NCBI RefSeq assembly: GCF_009914755.1
Contig: NC_060938.1
Reading direction: 5' to 3' (one strand)
DNA: 64,000 nt
From: the human T2T-CHM13v2.0 reference genome, Homo sapiens
Every line of letters starts with the position of its first letter. Position 1 is the first letter of the stretch. The notes under the pieces were generated by a model. The model saw only the letters and a list, made by a program, of their open reading frames with translations. It did not search any database and had not been told where the DNA came from. Both the position numbers and the translations under genes were made by a program. Shown here piece after piece: positions 31,606 through 46,793 of the stretch.

Positions 31606-33088
31606 TGATCGACGTATTTCTAAGTGTAGTTCAGGGAAGGGCATATTGTAGGCAAAAGTAACTGGAGAAAGCTTCATAGAGATATTGGAAGTTAGAATAG
31701 ATTTTGAAGATGTGTGGATCTGGACCAGAAAAGGAAGAATGGACATTCTGGACTATGAGGAATAAGTATAATATATGTATTAAACAGAGTGTACACCTTC
31801 TTCCCTAGAGTGGAAATTAAGTATTGGAGATGAAGAAGAAATAAGATTGAATAGGTTATTGAGCCAGATAATAGAACAAATTCACAGAAGAACCAAAGCT
31901 CTTGATAACGGTCTAAAATGCCTTTTAGAACAAGATAGGATATAATTAAATACATTTTTCTTTAAATTAGTTTATGTAGATTTTTTATCAGTCCAAGTAG
32001 TCCTCTCCCAAATTCCTCTGCATTCGTTACTGTAAGGTTTTAGATTGGACAATTATCTAATGAGATCTTCCAAAAACTAATAACTTATTCTCTGTAACAG
32101 ATATCAAAATGGGGGTAACTACTATCAACCAAGGTCACCAATTACTGACTTACTAAATCTATGGGATATTTTCCATGCCTTATCCAACTTGATCTTCAGC
32201 CTTTAAACAATTGATAATTTTTCCTATTCTGTCTTCCTTTGGCTTCTCAAACTCCACTTGCATCAGTACTTGTCTATTCCTTCCTGCTGTCCTGGCCCTG
32301 GTCAGACCTTCAATCATATTTTTGACCTTTATTATAGCACCCCCACCTTTATCTTTTCTAGCTATCATTTCCCTTCCCTACTAACTAGCCCTACCTACTT
32401 CTAGAATAGTATCTTTCTACCACAACTATGATGATAATTCATCTCTGCTTCTTCATAACTTTCCGTCGCCTGCAGGATAAAATCTGACTCCCTTAAGGAC
32501 CTTACAAGGTCTTTCAGAATCTGGCTGTCTGTCCAGCCTCTTCCTGCTACTTGCTTCCTCCTCCCACAAAACCAAAGCATAATATGCTCCCTACTTCCTT
32601 CCTTTCTGCCTGCCTGCCTGCTTGCCTTCCTTTCTGGAATGCCTTCTCCAAATTTGCTTCCCTGGAAAATTCCTAAATATTTTTCAAGTCTTAGCTCAAA
32701 CATCCTATGTGGTCTTGCCTGACCAATGGTTAGTTATTTATTTTCTATGCTACCATTTATGCATTATATATACTTCCATTTTGGCATGCATTTATTGCAT
32801 CATAATGGTTTGTTTGCATGTCTGTCTCGCTGTTAGGCTGTGAATTTCCTCTGGTCTGCAATGATATCTTTTCATTTTTATATCCCCAGGACATATCAAA
32901 AATGTGGCAGATGGTTGCTCCTCTGTAATTATTTTTTGGATGAATAAAGTGATGGTATCAATGCAATAGATGTGCATATGTTGTTTCCTTTTAACTCGAA
33001 TTGGAGAGGGATAAGAATCAGAATGAATGAATGGAAAAAACTATATACACATATCAAGTTCCATATCATAGACTTTATCATTTTATAG

Positions 33089-33226
<138 letters not shown>

Positions 33227-33682
33227 TGATGCTAACTTCCTAAATAAAATTGAGTTTTCACTTATAACAGTTACTACTTTTTAGGATCCTTGAAGTTGCA
33301 CTTTTGAAAATTAATTTTGACCATTTGACATGAAGCTTAAAGTGGGGTAGCATCCTATAGCATGATCTTTGTTTCCCTTTCTTGTGATCAGAGTAGGCGA
33401 AATTATAACGATGATAGAACAGCAGATCAGCAAGTAACATCTGTATTTTGTTTCACTGCTACATAAAGTTTCTGTTACGTTGGATTACTAGTAAAAATTA
33501 CTTATAATAGTAATCAGCTGTTAATATTTTTATTTTCTGTGGCATTCATGGCATGTGTAAGAAATTATCTAAAATAGTATTGATTAATAATGGTTTGCTT
33601 TAGTTCTTATATTAATATTATGGTAACCCTAATGACCTAGATGTTCTATAAAATATCAATAATTTACTCTTCTTGCCTGTAG

Positions 33683-33790
<108 letters not shown>

Positions 33791-34777
33791 TGAAATAAGC
33801 CCATTTTGATGATGTTTCTTTAACTAAAAATTATGAGTATATGTGTTTCTACATACATGTTATAATTAGATAAACAACAGAAATTGGGAATCATATATAT
33901 TGTTTGACTCAATTAGCATACGAGTTCTCGTGATTTCTGTAAGAGTGGAATTGTTTTTGTTACTGTAGTTTAATTACTGACAAACTTTCAAATTGACTGC
34001 TTTGGTTAGAAAAGGTCATATTATCTTATTGGGATTTTTGTTGTTGTTGTTTAAAGCCTACAATAAACTCAGTAACATAAATCTTATATGCGTATACATT
34101 GAGACCATCTATTGTAAGTTATGTTTAATGAAACAGTGTTTATAAATATAAATTTTGTTCTACATAGCCAGTAGAAACATTTCTAAATGTAAAAACATTT
34201 ACATGTGTTCATAGCTTTTAAAAACACCTTAATGTACATTTAGGAAAGTAAATAGCTTATATATAAAATTTATCTTTCTTTCCTTTCCTTTTTTCTTTCA
34301 CTTTTTTAAAAGTCTTATTTTTGAGGTTATTGTGGGCTTTCTAAATTGTCCTGAAAATCCTTGTAGAGTTTTATTAGAACCATAGAATCCATAGCATAAA
34401 AGATTTTAAGACTATTTTTAGATATTTTCAATCCACTGGCAAAAGCAAAAAGAGAGTGGCCAAGGAACAGGGCAGATCAATAAAAAAAGGTAAGATAGCT
34501 TAAAAAGGCAGAAAAGGCAAAGCAGTTAGGATGAGTGAGTCAAGACTAAAATTACAAGCAAGCATAGAGAATGGAGCTAGTGAACCAGCAACAAGGGCGT
34601 CATATATGATTAGGACAACCAAGACAGGGTAAACAGAAGGAGGAAGGAAGACTGAATTTATTAAATAAAGGACTTTAAAGTAAAAGTCATAAAAAAAAAA
34701 GTCATGGTTATAACCTACTTAATCAACTTTTAAAAATTAACTTTTCTTTCAGTTGACAAATAAAAATTATATATATT

Positions 34778-35062
34778 GGCCAGGCACGGTGGCTCACGCC
34801 TGTAATCCCAGCACTTTGGGAGGCCGAGGCGGGCGGATCACGAGGTCAGGAGATCGAGACCATCCTGGCTAACACAGTGAAACCCCGTCTCTACTAAAAA
34901 TACAAAAAATTAGCCGGGCGTGGTGGCAGGCGCCTGTAGTCCCAGCTACTCGGGAGGCTGAGGCAGGAGAATGGCGTGAACCCAGGAGGCAGAGCACTTG
35001 CAGTGAGCCGAGATTGCGCCACTGCACTCCAACCTGGGTGACAGGGCGAGACTCCCGTCTCA

Positions 35063-35117
<55 letters not shown>

Positions 35118-35160
35118 AAATTATATATATATATGTGTGTACATATATCTGTATATATAT
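34778..35160 (+). mobile_element. AluY-like followed by (TA)n(TG)n microsatellite
   Basis: CpG-rich dimer to about 35080; tail passes into a TA/TG repeat. Confidence 0.92.
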
Positions 35161-35999
35161 AATGTACAATATGATATTTTGAATACACACATTGTATAAG
35201 CCTTTAAAATACTGACTTAATCTAATTTATTGTAATTCACAGTGTAAGCCATACTTATACAAGCCTATTTAAACCAGATTGACTTTGCCTTATCAGTATT
35301 ACTCATTATTTATATTTGACCTGAATACATTGAATATTTTCAGAGAAAAATCTGCTAACTCCTTAGTAATGACTTTTTTTAATTATGTGAGAAATGATGA
35401 TCTGTTATTTAAATAAGTATACAGAGCATTCTTTTTATATCAGTACATAAATATATAAGCCTCCTTAACTTTTCTTTGAAGTTAATGATATTTATTTCCC
35501 TCAAAAAATGTCATCTTAATGCTGTTATCACATATATATATAAGGATGTGAGCATGATATTCAGAACCTAACTTCCATGTGATGAAACTCTGTATAGACA
35601 TAAATAAAATGATTAATTGTGAAGAAGTCAACATGATTTTTCAAAACAAAATTTTCCATATGGCTTGCTGAGATTTAGATTGTTATTATTTTGTCTTGCT
35701 TGGAAGAATGAGTTTTTTTGACTAATTGCATAAATTAGGTTCATAAAATAATTTTAATATTCCATCTCCAGAGCAGGTGACTACTGTATTTCTGGAACCA
35801 TTTTATAATCATTGTTCATTCCTTATTGTCTCTCAAGCTTATTTTACTTCTCTCTCAAGGTCTTACAAATATCATGTAAGCATGTACGTAAGAGAGTCCA
35901 TTTTGTGGTAACTGATATTTTTAAAAGTAGGGAATGATGAAGTAAGTGCTTAGGATGATGCCAGTTATCTTATCATTGTAATTTTATTTCTTTATCAAG

Positions 36000-36050
36000 G
36001 TATATAACTTATCCCAAAATGTCCAGGAGGATGATCTTCAGCACCTCCAG
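36000..36050 (+). CDS. ATL1: ATL1 coding exon 5 (VYNLSQNVQEDDLQHLQ)
   Basis: Pyrimidine tract plus AAG acceptor, 51 nt, donor CAG|GTAACA. Confidence 0.96.
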
Positions 36051-36199
36051 GTAACAATATTTATTTTCTTTTTTGTGTATCTGGTAGTCTTTGAAACATG
36101 TATAGCAGAACTTTGGGGAATGATTTCAAAACATAATCAGATTCTGATTCTGCTGTTTAAACAGGAACTATTGGCCCAATTAGCTGCCTGGTAATTACT

Positions 36200-36557
36200 G
36201 CCTGAGACTGGTTAATTTATAAAGGAAAGAGGTTTAATTGACTCACAGTTCAGCATGGCTGGAAAGGCCTCAGGAAATTTACAGTCATGGCCGAAGGCAA
36301 AGGGGAAGAAGGCACCTTCTTCACAAGGCAGCAGGAAGGAGAAATGCCAAGCGAAGTGGGAGGAGCCCCTTATAAAACCATCAGATCTGTGAGAACTCAC
36401 TCACTATGGCGAGAACAGCGAGAACAGAGAACAGCGTGGGGGAAACAGCCTCCATGATTCAATTACCTTCACCTGGTCTCTCCCTTGACACGTGGGGATT
36501 ATGGGGATTACAATTTAAGATGAGATTTGGGCGGGGACACAAAGCCTAACCATATCA
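36200..36557 (-). mobile_element. THE1-type MaLR LTR
   Basis: Same diagnostic motifs as the 14973 copy; ends ...CCTAACCATATCA. Confidence 0.88.
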
Positions 36558-36866
36558 ATAAGTAACTACCTTTCTCCCTAATTTAACATCAAATTTAATA
36601 TATTTTTTAGAAAAAGAGCCACATTGCAAGTCACAGACATTTTAAAAAAACACAGCTGAGGTGATAAGGTTCAATCTAGCCTCAGGAAAACTACAGAGCA
36701 ATCACTGCTCCAAAAGGAGCAGAAACAAAGAAGCAGAGTTTCGGTTTACAACTGGCGACAGTACTGAGAAAGTTCCCAGGACTAAGGAGCACAACTCTCC
36801 AGGTTTATTATGCTCTGGGCACAGTATATGTTTCTCCTCTTTCGAATTCATTTCAAGATTCTCCAG

Positions 36867-37238
<372 letters not shown>

Positions 37239-37670
37239 CTAATGCTTTTGTAGTAATCCAAGCCATTGTGCCATTAAATTTCCTTAGGCAACAGCTTTTG
37301 TAAATATATCCTACATAGTTTACAGCTCTCTGGTCTAATTTATGCAAGTTCTGCTTCTAAAGGTCATTTAGCATGTTTCCTTCTTCTGTTTTGTCCCCCA
37401 CAAAAAAATTAACCCACATTCTAGATATAAAAAGTGTTCATTTTAAAATATGAAAGTGTTAATTTTAAAAATAAAATGGAAATTTTATTTTTAAATGTAC
37501 TTTATGTCTTTCATTCTTAAATATCTAATTGCCATGGCTCTGCTTTACCTATCCAATGCTTATTTCCTAAAAATGATTATTAGAATCTTCTTAATATAAT
37601 ATTCTGTTATATCTAGAGGGAAAAGTAAATGAAAGAAAGCCAAGAATTAAAACTTTGCAGGTGCTAAAGT

Positions 37671-37721
37671 TCTCTCTCTCTCTCTCTCTCTCTGTGTATG
37701 TGTGTGTGTGTAATTTTTTTT
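37671..37721 (+). repeat. (TC)11-(TG)n-T tract at the exon 6 acceptor
   Basis: Direct reading. Confidence 0.93.
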
Positions 37722-37725
37722 CTAG

Positions 37726-37782
37726 CTTTTCACTGAGTATGGCAGACTGGCAATGGAGGAAACATTCCTGAAGCCATTTCAG
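37726..37782 (+). CDS. ATL1: ATL1 coding exon 6 (LFTEYGRLAMEETFLKPFQ)
   Basis: TAG acceptor, 57 nt, donor CAG|GTGAGC. Confidence 0.96.
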
Positions 37783-39076
37783 GTGAGCAAGTGTTAAATG
37801 ATGGTAAATTCTTACTAGATTTTCCTGAAGACTGTAACCAGGTATATTAATTAGGGTCATGTTTCCTTCTCTTTTTATTTCATTGAGAAACCATTTTTGA
37901 ACTATTTTATGCTATTTGATGCAATATAGAATGAGATGGAAATGAGGAAATCGAATTTTTAAGAATTATTTTTTAAAAAAGAGATGTGGAAATGAAAGAT
38001 GAATTAGGCATTCTGGTTCCAGGCAAAATGTCAGCTTTTTTTTTTCCTGAACTCAAAGTGACTCTCAAAGTGCTGGGATTACAGGTGTGAGCCCCTGGGC
38101 CCAGCCTCATTTATGTACAAAAATTAAACATCCAGCCATATCTTATGAGATGTATTAAACATAAGAATGTGTTCATTTGAAAATAAAAGGATGGAAAAAG
38201 ATAGATCAGGCACATACTAAGTGAAGGAAAACAAGTGTCTATATTTTTGTGAGACTTCAAGTCTATAAGAATTATTTAGAATAGAGAAGTTCATAATAAT
38301 AAAAGGTTATTTCACCAGGAAAATACAAGAATTCTAGTCAGGCATGGTAGCACATTCCTGTAATCCCAGCTACTCGGATAGCTGTGGTGGGAGGATCACT
38401 TGACCCCAAGAGTTTGAGTCCAGCCTGGGCAACATAGTGAGAGATGGTGTCTCTTAAAAAAAAAAAATTCTAAATTTGTATGACATATAGCCTCAAAATA
38501 TATAAAGATCAATAGAACCATAAGAAGAAATAAGTAAATCCACTGAAACACAGCTCCTAACTATTGATAAGTCAAGTAAACAGAAAATGAGTAACAATAC
38601 AGAAGATGTGAAACCTAGGGCTAACAAGCTTGCTTTATGGTACATGCATAGAATAGTGTAAGTAACAAAGAAAACACATTACTCTTAAGCATGCAAGGTG
38701 TATGTACAAAAGTTTACCACATATTAAGCCACAAAGCAGGTCTCCACAATTTTCGAAGGATTGAATTCATACTGACCTCATTCTGTCATCATAGGACAAT
38801 TTAGTTAAAAGTTAGTAAGAAAGTGCTCATTTTAAAAAGCATATTTTGGAAATTTAAGCACACACTTCAAAAATAATTCATGGGTTAAGTTAAACTCATA
38901 ATAGTTATATGAAAATACTGCAAATTGAGTGCTTGAAAGAAAACACACATATTGAACATTAAATGCTATCATGAAAATGGTACTTAGAGGGAAAAAAATA
39001 TAGCCATAAAAGTTTTATATTAGAGAAGAAGAAAGGCAGAAAATTAGTGATAAGTACAAATTAAGAAGAAAAAGTA

Positions 39077-39408
39077 GGCTGGGCACATTGGCTCACACCT
39101 GTAATCCCAGCACTTTGGGAGGCTAAGGTGGGTGGATTGCTTGAGGTCAGGAGTTCAAGACCAGCCTGACCAATATGGTGAAACCCCGTCTCTACTAAAA
39201 ATACAAAAATTAGCTGGGCATGGTGGCGGGCACCTGTAATTCCAGCTACTCCGGAGGCTGAGACAGGAGAATCACTTGAACCTGGGAGTGGAGGTTGCAG
39301 TGAGCCAAGATTGCACCATTGCACTCTAGCCTGGGCGACAGAGCAAGACTCTGTCTCAAAAAAACAAACAAAAAAAAAAAAAAAAAAAAAAAGAAAAAAG
39401 AAAAAAGA
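39077..39408 (+). mobile_element. AluS-like
   Basis: Full dimer, long A tail. Confidence 0.92.
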
Positions 39409-39851
39409 ATAACAGACAAAACCTAATGAAAATAAGAAAGAACATTTATAAAAGCTATATGTCTCAGGATGGATCAATTTTAAAAACATAATGTGGATTG
39501 GAAAAAAGCTAGTTGCCAAAGACTATTTACAGTAGGATAGCATTTTTTATAAAGGTCCAAAATGAGCAAAACTAAACAATATGTTAAGAATATAAACACG
39601 TGTGATAAAACTATTTAAAAAGCAAAATTAAAGTAGTATTTACTACCGGAGAGGAGAAATGGGGATGTATCAGGAAGGGACACACAGGAAGCTTCAATGT
39701 TATTGGCATTTTCAATTATTTAAGCAGGTTTGTGGGTTCACAAGTATTTATTTTATTAATCTGCTTAATAGCATATATATATATGTTACATGCATTCTTT
39801 TGTAGGTATCATATTATGTGATAACATTTTTAAATTTTAAAAGGTCAATAG

Positions 39852-40152
<301 letters not shown>

Positions 40153-40490
40153 CAATAGCGTTTCTTAAAACCAGCAATTACAGCTAGCAAATATAAGTTT
40201 TAAAATATATATACCATTCACAATAGCAAAACAAAACAAAAATCTTTAGTAATTAGCCACCAAAATATAAAGACCTTTCTGGAGAAAAATTCAAAGGTCT
40301 ATTAAAGACCATAGAGAAAAAATTGTATAAACCAAAGAGATATAATATGATCACAGATGGTATGATTTAATGTTGTGGAGAATTTCATTCTCAACAAATT
40401 AGTCAAACTCAGTGCAATTATAATTGAAATTACAATAGGATTTTTGTATATTTTCTACAACTCATATGGAAGAATTAAGTCTTGTTTTGA

Positions 40491-40821
<331 letters not shown>

Positions 40822-42977
40822 TTAAGTCAGTTTTTAAGAAGACGATCTGAATTAGAGGGCTCAATACACACTAAAAAGCCATAGCAATGAAAATGGTGAG
40901 GTCCTACACAGATACAAGAGCAAAGCTCAGTGGAACTAAACAGTTTAAATACACTCATATATATATGGGAGCCTGGTAGTCAATAGAGGTGGCATCATAA
41001 ACTGGTGGGAAATAAATGGGTTAATAGTTGGGTTTGGAAAAACAAGTTCACTATTTGAAGAAAGAGCTGGATTTTTACTAAATACTGTAATAGAAGTAAT
41101 CTCCAGATGGATCAAAGAACTAAATATGCAAGTTAAAACTATAAAGCTAATAGAAGAAAGTGCTGGAGAATATTTTTCTGAACTGAGGTGAAGAAACATT
41201 TATTAGACCCTCTAAAATAAACCATGTAGTAAAAAATTGATGCATATTACTACATCAAAATTAAGTATTTGTATTTATCAAATGACTTTATAATCAAAAT
41301 GAACAGATTGGTAGAAGACATTGACAATGTCAAAGTCAACAAAAGATTACTAAGCAGAACATACAGGAAACTTTTGCAAGTAACCAAAACCTGGTTCCCA
41401 ATCAGAAAACAGGCAAAGAATATTAATAGACAAGTCACAGAAAGGAAACCTGAATGGCTAATACATTTTTGAAGGGATGTCAAGTCTCACTGATAATTAG
41501 ATAAATATTAAAACAACAATGAAATACCACTTTACACTCATTAAATAGGCAAAAAGTAGAACATGGAGATAATACCAATGAAAGCTAGGATTTGGGAAAA
41601 TGGGAACACTCAGGCCCTATTGTTGAAAGTGCAGATTGGAGCAGCCATTCCATGGAGCAGAGGAAATATATAAGGATATTTATTGATAGAGTAATAGTAG
41701 CAGGAATTTGGAGACAACTTAGGTGTCCATCACTAGCAGAACAGATACATAAAAATATGGGGAAAAGCATACTCTGGAATACTTTGCAACATCTAAAGGC
41801 AATGAACCAAAAGTGCATAGAGTAGCATGAATAGAGTGTTAAAATTTGTACAGAAGTAAGCAGAAAAAAATGTGAGATTTATAACATGATACTATTTATG
41901 CATATTATAATATATATTAAAGTGAATGTGGGTGGGAATGAATAGTTGAGGAATGGGAGTGAGGATCTGGGAAAAATATGATGAAGTAAAGTAGCATGGA
42001 GAGATGATGTATGCTGTGATGAAGGGGTATGAATTCTCCTGAGGGCTCAGGAACCTGGTGTGGGGAGGAGGTGAGGTAGAATAAAACCAGCCTTGCTTGC
42101 AGTCTTCTATATGATTTACAATATGTACTAGACTCTGTTGTCTTTTTTTTTTTTATCATTTGTTAGGTTGATCGTTGAAGTGCTATATGGTAATTAGGCT
42201 ATTGTTTTGATTTTCTTCTCTAACTTGTTACTCAGAACCACTGGCAAACCAGAGTAGGGAACTCCATTGTAAATTACAGAAAGGGACTTTAGGTCTTACC
42301 AGCAGATGTCACTGCTCCTTACATTTTGCCAGAAACATTAAAACTGGAAAAGACCAATCAATGCTCCAATAAAACAGATGAGAGATAAAGATTGATAGAG
42401 TTGCGGCTTTTGGTTAAAAAAAAAAAAAAGAGTTGAAAACAAACAATGAAAAAAACTTTAAGAGATTACCCTAGTTAGTAAACTGTTGACATTATGAAAT
42501 GTCAGTGACAAGAAAAAAGTTTTCGCTGACTGAGTCAACAATGACTCCTAAACATGTTTGGACTTGTAACTCTTAACTACCTGAAATTGAAATGCGAAGC
42601 TCATTAAGTAGTAAAGGTGGCATCCAAAGTTATTTTATAGTATTTTAGATTAAAGCAACCAAATCCAAAACAAAAAATACATTATAAAATCAAAAGATAA
42701 AATGCAAATACATTCAAATTTCAAAACATATATGAGTTAAATAATTCAAATTTCAGTTAGAAAAAGCATAGCAAAAAATTGCAAAGTAAAATAACTTCTA
42801 AATGAAATTTCGATTTAGTAATCTTTTTTAGCAGGTCACTTCTATCCTCTTCTCTCTGATAAGTTAACAGCTTTATTCATTTGGGTAAAAGTGTGGGGAA
42901 ATTTTAAACATTGCCTGAGAAAGTAAGGTGAGGGATAATGAAATTTTAAAAATAATTTTATATTAAAATTAAACTAA

Positions 42978-43288
<311 letters not shown>

Positions 43289-43571
43289 TTAATTTAAACA
43301 AATTTAAAATAGAAGAATTCTTAACTCTGAAATACAGTACAATTATGAATAATAAACAGACCTATAATAAACAACAAATATGAAGACAATTAGCTGGGAA
43401 AATGAATAGCTGAATTAACATATTAACTTGATTCTTTAAAAAAACAATTTATATCAAGCTGTAATCAAGCAAACAAAAATATGTTCGTGTATTTAAAAAC
43501 CATGGTTTAAAAGAGAGAATTAAAAGCTAAATGAATTCAGTTTAAAAGCAATATTGAAGTGCAAGTGTAAC

Positions 43572-43785
43572 CAGTGGTGTGCTGGCAAAATGTTTAAAAC
43601 TGGTTGGGGAGGAGGGAGGAGGTGAGCCTGATATATATTATTTGCTAATTTTTATGGTGTAAATACTTTTACCATGGCCAATTTCAAGCTACCATGACGT
43701 CAACCAACTTGCAAAAATTCCTCAAAATTTAACAACTGTTTTTTGCAACCTCTAATGAGCCAGCTCTAAACTATGTAGCACGCCC
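43572..43785 (-). mobile_element. MER63-like hAT MITE
   Basis: CAGTGGTGTGCTGGCAAAATGTTTAA terminus; CCATGGCCAATTTCAAGCTACCA core. Confidence 0.75.
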
Positions 43786-46735
43786 AGGAAGTATAATTCA
43801 CATTAAGACATAGTATAGAGTTCTCTAAGTGACATTAGTTATTTTCTCACCTGTTTTGCTCACTATGAGCATTTGAATTTAAAGTATAAAAATCTGGCAG
43901 GAGCTACTTTATTAACATATCTATCTATAAAATAACTAGGTTCTTTATATTAGCTTCTTTACCTTAGGACTTCCAGTTTTTGTTGAGAATGACAATATTT
44001 TTCCATTAATTTAAACATGGCTGTATGTAATAACTGTGCAAGTTTTATTTGAGTAATAACACCCAGTTTGCTCTAAGAACCTAGTGAAAATGTCTTGTCA
44101 CGTGCGATAGATTTGTGTCTATATTGGTATGTTATGAGTTTTTCTTTCTTGGTCATTTAGACTTGCATGAGCCACACCTGGCCCCACATTGTTCTGTATT
44201 GGGATGATCACATCCTTGGGGCAGGATCCCTACGACTAATTCTGGATATTTTTGATGTTGTCAGACATTATTTGAAGTTCACTCTAAATGCAGGCTGCTT
44301 ATCAACACCAAGCAAGGCTGTCTTCCTCTAATGCTCTGCTAAATGACCAGCCGCCAGTTACTTGTTTCCCCAGGAAAGGCTCATTTTCCACTTGTATGAC
44401 TCTGAGGAGCTCTGTGTGTGTGCTTGTCACTCTTGTCCTCTCAGTTCTGCTGGGCTGTGGTGGTGGAGAGGGTTTCCACTCCGTCATGTGCTAACAACAG
44501 TAAGCTTGTTATGGGGTCTATGCTAAAAACAGATCCCCCTTACTAAGAAGACCCTGTATTATACCTTTAAATGTACCCTTTGGCAATAGCAGCCCAGGAG
44601 TTTACGATTTAATCACTTCATGCCTTCTAATTATGTAGGCTATGAAGAAATAGAAACATTCCCCATTTACTAAAGTGTATTATAGTCTCAAGATTCACTT
44701 GAGTTCGTGTTTTAGATGTCAATACATTTCTCAGTGGCATTTCGACATGGTGGGTCTGTTTCTAGTAGGCCGGTCTGCAAAATCCTGTTTAATCTACAGC
44801 AAATTTAAATAGTGGTCACGAAGTTCCTGAGCCTTGGTTCCTTTAAGGCAGAGTCCTGAATATATTTGATGATTTCTGGACCTTTTTGAGGCCCAGAGCC
44901 CTGAGGTAGTTGGGAATTTTAGCAGGATTTAGGCTGTATGGCTCACAGAGAAGAGATGGGGCTGCAGCATATCTGTAGCCTTGATGATTGATGCAGAAGC
45001 AGGTGTTTTAGGCACCTGGGTTAGAATCATTTCTGAGCCATGCCACAGTTCTGCTGAATTGGAATCCCTGTGTTTAGACCAGGGAATCTGCACTCTCTAT
45101 GTCATTCTCAAGCACATATTTGAGGACAGATTTAGCCACTGGGCACACTCCAGCAGACAGCATCTATGGCAGAAGGTTCTGGTAGCAGAGAGATAGGGCA
45201 CCATTTCTATGTACATTTCTGTGTACAGATAGTTAGTAGATTAAGGTTGGCCTGTAATAGGAAAGTAGGAAGCATAAACCCTAAAAAAAAACTTTCCTTC
45301 ACACAAACTTGACTTCTCTTAGAAGGCTTATTTCTTTCTTGAGCATATATTTTAGGACTATTTACATTTATTATCTTCTCTTCCATGTCCTCAGTGTCAA
45401 GTACTTCACTTTCTGGAGTTAATTCAGCCCAGTTTTCACCTATAGCATGTTTATTAACCATTTTCATACACTTAAAAGCCCAGCAAGACCTTAGACCTTA
45501 CACAGATATTCAAATTATCTTTGTGAGATAAAGGTAAAAACTCAATTCTTCACATTCCTTTCAGTGGAGATGTAATTATTAGTGAGCACATCAGTCTGTG
45601 CCAGTTTTAAGTTAAACTGAAGGTTGCTGAAAAATAATAGAAGGGGAAGCATATAATAATACTCTATTACATTAGGACAAGTACTGTTTCTCACCATTTC
45701 TTATTCAAATTGGGCCTACACAGGACAATTAGGAATTATTTTACTCTAGTTTGCTTAATTATGTTTGAGGACCCTTTATTCCCATGATTTGAGAATGTCC
45801 ATTTGCACAAAAAATTCTTTGATAGTGATTTAAGCTACTTTGAAACAAAACATCTTTGGTCAAATATCTGTGATGATTATAACTGCCAAGTCATACCTGA
45901 TAAATGCATGACCTCACTGAGAAAATGAAAGGCTGATGTCGGCCTGCTTGGGCTGAAAATTAAAGGAAATGATATGAAAAAAGACAGCTGAGGAAGTTAT
46001 CTACCCTATCCCATGTTCTGTCGAGAGAGCAATTTAGGTGATCTGAGAGCTGTATGGATTAGAAGAAATGCTTATCTGGCTACATAGAACTAGGTCAGTG
46101 GTGTAGACTAGGATTCTCCCAATTTCTACATTTAGGTACCTGAAATGTCCAGAAGAGCAATAACAGCAATTTATTGCATGCTTATTTTGTGCCATGCACT
46201 GTGCTAAGCATTTTTCTTACATTATTCGAATTACTGATCATTACAGTTCTATAAAAAAACTAATGTTACCGCTCCTTCTTTATTCTCGTCTTTAATTTTT
46301 CTATCCAATGAGAAGTACTGAGGCTGAGAGTAGTTGAGAAACTTACTCTTGGTCACATATATCTTTAAATTGTAGAGCTGACCTCAACCTAGGCCACAGC
46401 TCAGAGCCCTTGCACTTAACTACCATCTTTTAGGGCTTCTCTTTGCTATCTTAATCTGAGCCACTTATTAAGCTGTATTTTATTGTCTTACATTTTAATG
46501 TGCCTATCCCCTCTCATTAATTAAATTATAAATGACTTATGAGCAAGAACTTTGTCATTTACTTTTTGAAGTCTAGCGCACCTACCATGCTGTTCATAAA
46601 GCATGTGTACGATAAATGTTCACTAAGGGGGTAGTATATACATATTTGGGATTGTAAATAGTTTGCATATACAACTCGAAATTGGAAGACCTGGATTCAA
46701 GATCTGGAGCAAGTATTAGATATCCAGTATTGTCT

Positions 46736-46793
46736 CTTTATACTTTTAAGGTAAGAACTATATCCTTTATACTTTTAAGGTAAGAACTATATC
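46736..46793 (+). repeat. Perfect 29-bp tandem duplication
   Basis: CTTTATACTTTTAAGGTAAGAACTATATC x2. Confidence 0.95.
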
